Source of the DNA: an uncultured Mycoplasmatota bacterium
GTDB taxonomy: Bacteria; Bacillota_I; Bacilli_A; RF39; UBA660
Length of the DNA: 36,594 nucleotides
NCBI GenBank assembly: GCA_946530475.1
Contig: CAMNAC010000003.1
Coordinates: forward strand, 1 to 36,594
Direction of reading: 5' to 3'
Positions 8,847-17,163 of the stretch are shown piece by piece (within the stretch, counting starts at the first letter, position 1; the number at the start of each line of letters is the position of its first letter). The notes below the pieces were generated by a model, which was not told the origin of the DNA, ran no database searches, and saw nothing but the letters and a program-made list of their open reading frames with translations. Made by a program: the position numbers and the translations under genes.

Positions 8847-11039
8847 ATGAGGAAAAAGAAAAAAATAACATTTGGAATTATGTCAGTTACAGCCTTTATT
8901 GTTGCAGGAATGACTGGATATTTTATATATTCTTTAAATTTATTAACAGGAATTGAAAACCTTTTAAGAGCCATCATTATGATTGCTACAGGAGGAATTC
9001 TTTTACTAATCTTGTTAGGATTATTTGTATTAAGTAAAAAGAAAAAGAAAAAAGTTTTCACATTACTTGTTTGCTTTACACTTCTTTATTCTTTTGGGCT
9101 TTACTTTGGAGCAAGCAATATTGACCGAATTATTGGTAAAATTGAAAATATTACAACTGATACGACTACTTATTCAACTAGTTTAGTAGCGCTTTCTTCA
9201 AATGAATTAGATGATATTAAGAATCTTGATTCTGGAGTTATTGGTATTTTGAGTGATGAAACAAATGTAGAAGGAAATGTTCTTCCAAATGAAGTCATTA
9301 AAGATTTAAAAATTAAAAATGAAGTAAAAAAATATGACAGTTTTGTAACATTAATTAAAGCACTTTTAGAAGAAGAAATTGACTATGCATTTCTTCCAAC
9401 CAATTATTCGATTCTTTTTGGAAATATCGAAGGTTTTGATAAATTAAAGGAACAAACAAAAATTATTTATACAAAATCAAAAGAAGAAAAACAAAAGAAA
9501 GAAAGAAAAAGTAACGGTTCTAAACTTGATAAACCATTTACTATCCTATTAATGGGAGTTGATTCTGATATTGAAGAAATCAAAGGAAGTAGTTTTAATG
9601 GAGACTCTTTAATGTTAATCACATTTAATCCTACTACACTAAATTCTACCATTGTTAGTATCCCAAGGGACTCATATGTTCCAATCACATGTTTTACAGG
9701 ACAAAGAAAAAATAAAATCACACATGCTGCTTGGTACGGAGAAGGTTGTATGATTGATACCATTGAAAACTTTTTAGACGTACATATTGATTACTATGCA
9801 AAAATCAATTTCAAAGGAGTTGTAAAACTAGTCGATGCATTAGGTGGTGTCGATGTAGATGTAGAATATAGTTTCTGTGAACAAGATAGTAACCGTTCAT
9901 TTGGAGAAAACACAGTCTATGTCAAAGAAGGATTTCAAACATTAAATGGTGAAGCTGCACTTGCCTATGCAAGAAACAGACATCCAAATCCTGAATACTG
10001 TAGTTCTGAATGGACCAATTATGACAGTAATGATTTCATAAGAGGACAACATCAACAAGATGTGGTAAAAGCTTTGATGAATAAATTTTCAAAAATCGAT
10101 AGTTTAGATACTTTCTACGACATTCTAGATACTATTAGTAACAGCATGGAAACCAACTTATCAACTTCTGAAATTTTGTCTTTATACGATATCGCAAAAG
10201 ATGTATTATTAAAAAGTAGAAATATGCCATTAGAAGATTTATTTGGAATACAAAGACTTTATATCAGTGGATATGATTATTACATTTATGATTATCATCC
10301 TGCAAGTGGACAAGGTTCACAGATGAGTTTGTATGACTTTGTTCCATACAAAGGAAGTATTCAAGATGTATCCAATGCAATGAAAGTAAATCTTGGATTA
10401 AAAGAAGCAGAAGTCATTAAATCATTCTCGTTCGATGTGGACGATGAATATGAAGAAACAGTAATTGGTAGAAAGAATTATGGTGAAGGCGGAATCCCAT
10501 TAATGAGAGATTTCACAGGAGTAGATGTAAGTGTTGCACGAAGTTATGCAAACGTACATGGAATTAGTTTAATTGTAGAAGAAATTGATTCTCCATCAAT
10601 TGAAGGTCTAATACTTGATCAAAGTATCCCAGAAGGAACTGATTTGGAATATGTTAGTACGTTAAAGGTATACGTTTCCAATGGATCTGGTGGAGATGAT
10701 CCAGTAGACCCTTCCGAAGGAGTTACGGATTGTAGTAAAAAAGAAAATGCAACAAATTCCGTATGTGCAATGCCAACATTTATTGGAGACACAGTTGGAT
10801 TTGTCAAAACATGGTTTAAAAACCAAGGATATGACATCAATGTTGAATTTAGTCCTAGTGGGGAAACAGATTCTGCAATTGTAACAGGACAATCTACTAC
10901 AAATGCTTATCTATACGATTATATCGGTACTGAAAAAACATTTACAATTGAATGGGAAGAAAAGAAAGAAGAACCAGTAGAGCCTGAAGAACCTGAGGAA
11001 CCTGAAAATCCAGACAATCCAGATAATTCAAACGAATAA
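8847..11039 (+). CDS. LCP (LytR-CpsA-Psr) family glycopolymer transferase with C-terminal PASTA-like domains
   Basis: 3 N-terminal TM helices, FTILLMGVD, DSLMLITFNP, SIPRDSYV, NFKGVVKLVDALGGVDV, LNGEAALAYARNR, RGQHQQ; AGGAGG RBS before ATG 8847. Confidence 0.92.
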   Translation: MRKKKKITFGIMSVTAFIVAGMTGYFIYSLNLLTGIENLLRAIIMIATGGILLLILLGLFVLSKKKKKKVFTLLVCFTLLYSFGLYFGASNIDRIIGKIENITTDTTTYSTSLVALSSNELDDIKNLDSGVIGILSDETNVEGNVLPNEVIKDLKIKNEVKKYDSFVTLIKALLEEEIDYAFLPTNYSILFGNIEGFDKLKEQTKIIYTKSKEEKQKKERKSNGSKLDKPFTILLMGVDSDIEEIKGSSFNGDSLMLITFNPTTLNSTIVSIPRDSYVPITCFTGQRKNKITHAAWYGEGCMIDTIENFLDVHIDYYAKINFKGVVKLVDALGGVDVDVEYSFCEQDSNRSFGENTVYVKEGFQTLNGEAALAYARNRHPNPEYCSSEWTNYDSNDFIRGQHQQDVVKALMNKFSKIDSLDTFYDILDTISNSMETNLSTSEILSLYDIAKDVLLKSRNMPLEDLFGIQRLYISGYDYYIYDYHPASGQGSQMSLYDFVPYKGSIQDVSNAMKVNLGLKEAEVIKSFSFDVDDEYEETVIGRKNYGEGGIPLMRDFTGVDVSVARSYANVHGISLIVEEIDSPSIEGLILDQSIPEGTDLEYVSTLKVYVSNGSGGDDPVDPSEGVTDCSKKENATNSVCAMPTFIGDTVGFVKTWFKNQGYDINVEFSPSGETDSAIVTGQSTTNAYLYDYIGTEKTFTIEWEEKKEEPVEPEEPEEPENPDNPDNSNE
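10968..11027 (+). repeat. Degenerate 9-bp tandem repeat encoding EEP/ENP/DNP tail
   Basis: GAAGAACCA GTAGAGCCT GAAGAACCT GAGGAACCT GAAAATCCA GACAATCCA GATAAT. Confidence 0.6.
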
Positions 11040-11068
11040 AAACCTCTAGCAAAAAGCTAGAGGTTTTT
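11038..11068. terminator. Bidirectional intrinsic terminator
   Basis: AAAAACCTCTAGC/GCTAGAGGTTTTT between convergent genes. Confidence 0.9.
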
Positions 11069-12106
11069 CTATCGATAGATTTTTGATTTTTCTTTATAAA
11101 CTTTTTTCGCTTCTAGTTGTTCCATTTTTTGCATCCAAATAGTCATTAAAACTTCATAAATATCAACGGAATAATCCATTACTAATTCATACTGTTCATA
11201 ATCGCATTTGTGAAACAAATCATTTGATTGGAAGAATAAATCACATTGCCTCATCAAATCCTCATTGGAAGGTAAATTCATCATAAAGAAACTATCATTA
11301 TGTTCTTTTACAACCATTAGGTTTTCCAATCTTTTTGCTAAGAAACAAGCAAAAGACATTAATAGTTTTCGATTGTCTGATTGTTCTTCATTTATAAAGA
11401 AAGGTGTACACATAAGGCTGATATCTTTAGGAGTGATATATAAATGGAAAAAATGAGGATATGTTCGGTATGCATAATCTGATAAGAGTTCTGCCACTTC
11501 TGCCATTTCAAAAAGTTCAATTCCGATAACTCCAGATTCATAATAATAAGAAATATAAGGATTTTGATTTCTACTAATATTCTGTTCATAAATAGTCGAA
11601 AGTGCGGTATCAATCCCCAAGAAGGAAGCATTAATTAATTCTACTCTTTCATTTTTATCTTTTTTATAATAGTCAGAATCCATACTTTCTGAGAATTCTT
11701 CAATATAATAATTAAATAATTTGTGATAGAATTCACTATCAATACTATCCGTCTCTTGTAATCTGTTTTTTTCCTTTGTATAGACAAAATATATTCCATT
11801 CAAATAATACTTCAATTTTTCATTCGTTGCGCTATTTTGATATTCATTATAAAAAGTTGCGGTGAAATGATTTAAATCTGGAATTTTATGGTATTTTTTA
11901 ATAAGATGTTTTTTTAACTTTTGACTTCCCTTTTCATAGTCTTTATCATTTTGAATCAAAGCATATCGTTCTCCATTGACTTTCCTATTAAATATATCTA
12001 CTTTATGGTCAAAAGTTCTCAAAGTAGAATTCCAATTTTCAACATCTACTAATTCATCCATATAATTAATAAAATCATCTACCTGTTTTAATATTTTTTT
12101 CTGCAT
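11069..12106 (-). CDS. Hypothetical protein, 345 aa
   Basis: AAGGTGA RBS; long ORF; no intact catalytic motif recognised. Confidence 0.8.
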   Translation of the reverse strand: MQKKILKQVDDFINYMDELVDVENWNSTLRTFDHKVDIFNRKVNGERYALIQNDKDYEKGSQKLKKHLIKKYHKIPDLNHFTATFYNEYQNSATNEKLKYYLNGIYFVYTKEKNRLQETDSIDSEFYHKLFNYYIEEFSESMDSDYYKKDKNERVELINASFLGIDTALSTIYEQNISRNQNPYISYYYESGVIGIELFEMAEVAELLSDYAYRTYPHFFHLYITPKDISLMCTPFFINEEQSDNRKLLMSFACFLAKRLENLMVVKEHNDSFFMMNLPSNEDLMRQCDLFFQSNDLFHKCDYEQYELVMDYSVDIYEVLMTIWMQKMEQLEAKKVYKEKSKIYR

Positions 12107-12156
12107 ACTATCACCTTTTTCATTATTTTAATGAAAAATTGAAAAAAAAACAAGAC

Positions 12157-12402
12157 TTAAAACATTTTATCTATATTTTTAGGAATGGAATCTTTTTTTA
12201 CAGCATCAATAATTTTTTGTTCTTTTTCTTTTGAAATGGGATTTCCTGTCATTTTACTTAATTCCCCTATAACTTCTCTTAGAGTTCCTTCATCTTTTAA
12301 ATCCCCTTCTTGCAGTTTCTTTGCTAATTCTAAGATTGTAGCTTTCCCTACATTTGTTTTTTTCTCTACCCTATGAAAAAAATTATCCGTAAAACGAAGC
12401 AT
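12157..12402 (-). CDS. spoVIF: Stage VI sporulation protein F family
   Basis: DNFFHRVEKKTNV....LA..LQ.GDLKDE.TLR.VI.ELS.M...PISKEKE.KII.A pattern. Confidence 0.85.
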   Translation of the reverse strand: MLRFTDNFFHRVEKKTNVGKATILELAKKLQEGDLKDEGTLREVIGELSKMTGNPISKEKEQKIIDAVKKDSIPKNIDKMF

Positions 12403-12420
12403 AAAAAAACCTCCTACTGT

Positions 12421-12446
12421 ATTATATGTAAGAGGTTTTATATGGT
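12421..12446 (-). promoter_or_regulatory. sigmaK-type promoter of spoVIF
   Basis: AC-N16-CATATAAT; spoVIF is sigmaK-dependent in B. subtilis. Confidence 0.6.
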
Positions 12447-12447
12447 A

Positions 12448-13767
12448 CTAAAAATCTTCTTCTCCTTTATTTTTAAATTGTAGTACAATTGGAGTTCCTT
12501 CAAAATCAAAAGATTCTCGTAATTTGTTCTCCAAATAACGCTCATAAGAAAAATGAATTAACCCTTTACTATTTACTTGAATATCAAATGTTGGTGGATT
12601 GGTACCCACTTGTTTAGAATAATATATCTTTAATCGCTTTCCTTTATAAGAAGGTGGCATATTTAATAAATAAGCTTCTTCAATTACATCATTTAATAAA
12701 CTTGTTTTAATTTGTTTCTTACTATTTTCATAAACTTTTAATACTTCAGGCATTAAAGTATGAATACGTTTTGTAGTTAAAGCAGATAAAAATACAATTG
12801 GAGCATAAGTCATAAATTGGAAATTTGCTCGAATTTCTTTTGTAAATTCCTTCATTTTTTCATCTTTATTATCAACCGTATCCCATTTATTGACAACAAT
12901 TACAACTGCCTTTCCAGCTTCTAATGCATATCCTGCTATATGCTTATCATGCTCTTTGATCCCTTCTTCTGCGTTTAATACAATCAAACATACATCAGAA
13001 CGATCGATTGCTTTCATAGATCGAAGATAACTATATTTTTCTATTTTCTCATAGATTTTACCGCGTTTTCTAAGTCCTGCAGTATCAATTACAACACAAT
13101 CTGTTCCGTGATAAGTAAAAGGGGTATCAATCGCATCTCTTGTAGTTCCAGCAACATTACTTACAATCACTTTTTCTTCCCCGATTAGTGCATTCACTAA
13201 ACTACTCTTTCCTACATTTGGTCTTCCAATTACAGAAAGTTTTAAAAGATTCGAATTTTCTTCTTCTATTATTTTTGGAAATTCATGTGTCACTTGTAAT
13301 AGCAAATCATAAATTCCTTCATTTTGTTCACCTGAAACATTATAATAGTGTTCAAAACCTAATTCATAGAAATCATACAAATGATTTTTTGCTTCTTTGC
13401 TATCTACTTTATTCATTGCGACTACAACTGGTTTTTGAGATTTTATTAACATATCTCTGACAATATAATCATCACTTGTTAAACCTTCTTTTGCATCCAC
13501 TACAAAAATAACAACGTCTGATTCATCAATCGCAAGTTCTGCTTGCATTTTAATCTCTTCTTGAAAAGCATCTGATTCTAGACTAATACCACCTGTATCA
13601 ATTAAATGAAATTGATAATCTTCAAATTTCACTTCTCCGTATATGCGATCTCTTGTAACTCCAGGTGTATCTTCAATGATAGATACTTTATGTCCTACTA
13701 AACGATTAAAAATAGTCGATTTTCCTACATTTGGTCTTCCAACTAATGCGACAACTGGTTTTTTCAT
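12448..13767 (-). CDS. der: Ribosome biogenesis GTPase Der
   Basis: Two G domains (GRPNVGKS twice, DTGG/DTAG, NKVD/NKWD), C-terminal KH-like domain. Confidence 0.98.
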   Translation of the reverse strand: MKKPVVALVGRPNVGKSTIFNRLVGHKVSIIEDTPGVTRDRIYGEVKFEDYQFHLIDTGGISLESDAFQEEIKMQAELAIDESDVVIFVVDAKEGLTSDDYIVRDMLIKSQKPVVVAMNKVDSKEAKNHLYDFYELGFEHYYNVSGEQNEGIYDLLLQVTHEFPKIIEEENSNLLKLSVIGRPNVGKSSLVNALIGEEKVIVSNVAGTTRDAIDTPFTYHGTDCVVIDTAGLRKRGKIYEKIEKYSYLRSMKAIDRSDVCLIVLNAEEGIKEHDKHIAGYALEAGKAVVIVVNKWDTVDNKDEKMKEFTKEIRANFQFMTYAPIVFLSALTTKRIHTLMPEVLKVYENSKKQIKTSLLNDVIEEAYLLNMPPSYKGKRLKIYYSKQVGTNPPTFDIQVNSKGLIHFSYERYLENKLRESFDFEGTPIVLQFKNKGEEDF

Positions 13768-13824
13768 AGGAATCCCCCATTTCCGAAATTATTATAACAT
13801 CTTTTTTGAAATACGAAAACAAAT

Positions 13825-13853
13825 TTGATTTTTTTTCTATTTTTGTTTATAAT
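13825..13853 (+). promoter_or_regulatory. sigmaA promoter of the sigma factor gene
   Basis: TTGATT-N17-TATAAT. Confidence 0.65.
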
Positions 13854-13879
13854 AAACAGGCTGAAAAAAGGAGGGCTTT

Positions 13880-14869
13880 ATGAAAGTAAAAATAGAAAAC
13901 AAAGATGGAGATACAGAATTTGTTAATTATAGTAAGAAAGAAGCATTGAAATTAATTGAAGAATTGCATAACGAAATTCCAGAAGTTCGTTATCATGCTG
14001 ATCCTATTAGTACCTATTTTGATCAAACATCCTATAGAATACTTACTCCTTATGAAGAACGTATCCTATTTCTAGCAATGGAAAATGGAATCAAGGATGC
14101 CAGAACAATTTTAATTGAGCGCAACACAAGACTTGTCATTAGTATTGCGAAACATTATTCGAATAATCATATACCAATTTCTGACCTTATTCAAGAAGGA
14201 AATCAAGGACTAATGGATGCGGTAGAAAAATTTGATGTAAAAAGAGGATTCCGTTTTTCTACCTATGCAACTTGGTGGATTCGTCAAGCAATCACTCGAT
14301 ATATAGGAACATCCACTGAAAACATTCGTATCCCTGTTCATATAGTAGAAAGTAAAAGGAAATTATATAAAATTGAAACGCAATTGACACAAAAACTACA
14401 TAGAGCGCCAACCTCAAGTGAGATTGCAGAAATTGCAGGATTAACAGAAGAACAAGTAGAAAAGATTAAAGCATATGATAATGGCTATTGGAGTCTTAAT
14501 GAAACTGTCACCGAAGAAGAAGATGTAGAATTAATGGATTTTTTACCAGATAATAAGAAAAATCCAGAGCAAGCGATGATGGATAACTCTTTAATTGAAG
14601 AAGTTCATAATGCACTTCGTACATGTGGATTAAAAGAAAGAGATATTCAAATCATTAAAAAAAGATTTGGAATCGATTGTAATCGAACTTACACCTTAGA
14701 AGAATTAGGCGCACAATATAATTTAACACGCGAACGTATTCGTCAAATTGAATCAAGAGCACTCAATAGTTTAAAAAAGAATGCACAATTTCAAGATTTA
14801 AAGCCATATGTATTAGAAGAAAAAGCAGAAGATAAAAAAAAGATTCTATACAGAAAAAAGGAAAAATAA
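13880..14869 (+). CDS. RpoD/SigA-family sigma-70 factor, divergent paralog
   Basis: DLIQEGNQGLMDAVEKFD..RGFRFSTYATWWIRQAITR, IRIPVH, TLEELG....TRERIRQIE; short N-terminus; not next to dnaG. Confidence 0.9.
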   Translation: MKVKIENKDGDTEFVNYSKKEALKLIEELHNEIPEVRYHADPISTYFDQTSYRILTPYEERILFLAMENGIKDARTILIERNTRLVISIAKHYSNNHIPISDLIQEGNQGLMDAVEKFDVKRGFRFSTYATWWIRQAITRYIGTSTENIRIPVHIVESKRKLYKIETQLTQKLHRAPTSSEIAEIAGLTEEQVEKIKAYDNGYWSLNETVTEEEDVELMDFLPDNKKNPEQAMMDNSLIEEVHNALRTCGLKERDIQIIKKRFGIDCNRTYTLEELGAQYNLTRERIRQIESRALNSLKKNAQFQDLKPYVLEEKAEDKKKILYRKKEK

Positions 14870-15361
14870 TCAATTTCCTTTTTTTATTTTATTTTGTGCT
14901 TTTAGTATGTCTTTCCAATCTTTATAATCAATAATACTATATTCAAACAAATAAATTTTTTCTAATTCTTTCAAAGGTTTTTTTATGAAATAATAAAAAG
15001 CATTCTGATAATAATACACTTCCCCTTTTTTTAACAAACTAGGAGTCAACAAATAATAATCTTCTAATTTATATAAAAAGGGATGCTCCCTTTCAATTTG
15101 AATTCTTAATTCGATTTCATGCGTAGAAAATGGATAATAATCCATATCTTCCTTTTCTACTTCTAAAACTACCCCAGTATTCGAATCATGATAAAGTGTA
15201 ACATGATAAAAACCGTTTACATTTATGTGATAATAACTTTCTAATTTTAAAAAGATTTGTTTCAATTCTTGTTCCAATTTTTCTTTATTGTCAATGGAAA
15301 AAGAAAAAAATGAATTCAAAAAAATCTCATAATGAGACTCATCACATAAAATCACTTTCAT
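14870..15361 (-). CDS. MecA/YpbH-like ClpC adaptor protein, divergent
   Basis: By-eye match to the YpbH pattern: IFL, NG..V.LY....GVVLEVEK, IELRI, G.VYYY...FY, LFEY; CATAAAAT box at 15377-15384. Confidence 0.55.
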   Translation of the reverse strand: MKVILCDESHYEIFLNSFFSFSIDNKEKLEQELKQIFLKLESYYHINVNGFYHVTLYHDSNTGVVLEVEKEDMDYYPFSTHEIELRIQIEREHPFLYKLEDYYLLTPSLLKKGEVYYYQNAFYYFIKKPLKELEKIYLFEYSIIDYKDWKDILKAQNKIKKGN

Positions 15362-15404
15362 TTTATCACCTAAAGTATTTTATGCAATTACTATCGTTAT
15401 GAGA

Positions 15405-15986
15405 TTAAATCGTACGTTCTATTTTTTCATGGATTTCGTCTTTTCCCTGTTTCGTAACATTTGAAAATAGTACAAAATCATTTCCTAATACTAATTCTAA
15501 TTGATCCAAAATTTGATTACGATGTTTTTGGTGGCTACTAACTCCTACTTTATCTGCTTTTGTTGCGACAATTGTAACAGGTATATTATAATACTTTAAA
15601 TAATCATACATCATCACATCATCACTAGATGGCTTGTGTCTAAAGTCCACCAATAAAAAGACTTGTTTTAAATTTGGTCTATTTGTCATGTAATCTTCCA
15701 TCATTAAACCAAACTTTTTCTTTTTTGATTTTCCAATATTAGCAAATCCATAACCAGGAGCATCTACTAAATAAAAAGAATCATTCACAAGATAGAAATT
15801 AATCGTTTGCGTCTTCCCAGGATTGGAAGATGTTCTAGCAAAATTTTTACGATTAATGATGGTATTAATAAAACTGCTTTTCCCAACATTGCTTCTACCT
15901 ACCAGTAAAAATTCTGGTTTATTATCTGTCGGATATTGACTACGTCTTACAGCTGTAACTGTTAAATCTACACTTGTAATTTTCAT
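15405..15986 (-). CDS. engB: GTP-binding protein EngB (YsxC/YihA)
   Basis: GRSNVGKSS, PGKTQTINFY, DAPGYG, TKADK; GAGGTG RBS before ATG 15986. Confidence 0.96.
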   Translation of the reverse strand: MKITSVDLTVTAVRRSQYPTDNKPEFLLVGRSNVGKSSFINTIINRKNFARTSSNPGKTQTINFYLVNDSFYLVDAPGYGFANIGKSKKKKFGLMMEDYMTNRPNLKQVFLLVDFRHKPSSDDVMMYDYLKYYNIPVTIVATKADKVGVSSHQKHRNQILDQLELVLGNDFVLFSNVTKQGKDEIHEKIERTI

Positions 15987-16040
15987 TTGATACACCTCAT
16001 TCGTGTAATCATTATATCATATTTTAAAAAAATAGAAAAA

Positions 16041-16475
16041 TTACAAATATTTTTTTAAAGCTGTCATATTATCTTTACTAAAATTCAAATAATCATGTGC
16101 AAGTTTCAAGTAACTCTTCTCTGATACTTCTTCATATTTTTTTATTTTTTTCTCCATATCCAAACTTCCCATCGAAATCCCTTTTATCAGCATATCTGCA
16201 ATAGAAGCGTCACTGTTATCACTTTTCACTTCTTTTTTTATTCCCTCTTTTGCCATCATTTTTTCAAAAAAATTATTTGTTTTAAACTCACCACTCTCTT
16301 TTTTTAATATTTTTGAGGAATCTTTTACATAACGGTTATATCCACTTATTAAATGTTCTACATCTGTAAATATTTTGTTATCCTTTTTTTTAATCTCTTT
16401 TAATAATTCCTTTAAAGAAAAAACAGACATACTAGAATCTTTATAAATATGCTCAACAAGTTCCATTCCTTTCAC
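16041..16475 (-). CDS. Conserved hypothetical all-helical (ferritin-like) protein
   Basis: Probable GTG start at 16475 after AAAGGGTGA; motif IADMLIKGISMG...LKKYL recalled from uncharacterised Bacillota proteins. Confidence 0.7.
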   Translation of the reverse strand: MKGMELVEHIYKDSSMSVFSLKELLKEIKKKDNKIFTDVEHLISGYNRYVKDSSKILKKESGEFKTNNFFEKMMAKEGIKKEVKSDNSDASIADMLIKGISMGSLDMEKKIKKYEEVSEKSYLKLAHDYLNFSKDNMTALKKYL

Positions 16476-16495
16476 ATCGCTCACCCTTTCAATTT

Positions 16496-16524
16496 TATTA
16501 TGAGAATCCAAAATAAATTTATTC
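16496..16524 (-). promoter_or_regulatory. sigmaG-type promoter
   Basis: GAATA-N17-CATAATA fits the sigmaG consensus GHATR-N17/18-CATAMTA. Confidence 0.6.
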
Positions 16525-16575
16525 AAAAACTTTTAAAAAAAGAAAAAATATAGTATAATGTATTAAGGTGACCTT

Positions 16576-17163
16576 ATGAAGTATCCGAAGGGAATTGTAA
16601 AAAAAGAAAAACACGAAATCTATTATGGAAATCGAGGAATGGCCTTAGAAAGTGATTTAAATGAAACCAATGAATACTATTTAAATAGAGACATTGCGGT
16701 GATTCACAAAAAGCCAACACCTATTACCATCAATCAAGTAGATTACCACTCTAGAGTCGATGCAGTTATTAAAGAAGCACACTTTAGAATCCCATCTACC
16801 ACTGATTACAACGGAATCTATAGAGGAAAATATATTGATTTTGAAGCTAAAGAAACAACTTCTACTACTTCTTTTCCTTTAGCGAATATCCATAGTCATC
16901 AAATTGAACATTTGAAAAAAATTATAAAACACGGAGGAATTGGTTTTCTAATTGTTCGTTTTACAAAATGTGGGAAAACTTTTTATTTAGATGGAAAAGA
17001 TCTTATGAGTTTTCTACAAACAGAAACTAGAAAATCAATCCCACTTTCTTTTTTTGAACAAAGAGGTTATCAAATCAAAGATGCATTTCAACCAAGAGTT
17101 GATTATCTAAATATCATAAATAGAATTTATTTTGGAGGGGAAAGCAATGAAAAAAACAGTTAG
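16576..17163 (+). CDS. recU: Holliday junction resolvase RecU
   Basis: NRGMALE, IHKKPTP, STTDYNGIYRGKYIDFEAKET, NIHSHQ; recU-ponA synteny. Confidence 0.97.
   Translation: MKYPKGIVKKEKHEIYYGNRGMALESDLNETNEYYLNRDIAVIHKKPTPITINQVDYHSRVDAVIKEAHFRIPSTTDYNGIYRGKYIDFEAKETTSTTSFPLANIHSHQIEHLKKIIKHGGIGFLIVRFTKCGKTFYLDGKDLMSFLQTETRKSIPLSFFEQRGYQIKDAFQPRVDYLNIINRIYFGGESNEKNS

Noticed and set aside
15398-15402. TCATA as sigmaE -35 for the MecA-like gene
   Set aside because: Only 13 nt from the CATA box, shorter than the usual ~16; only the -10 was retained.
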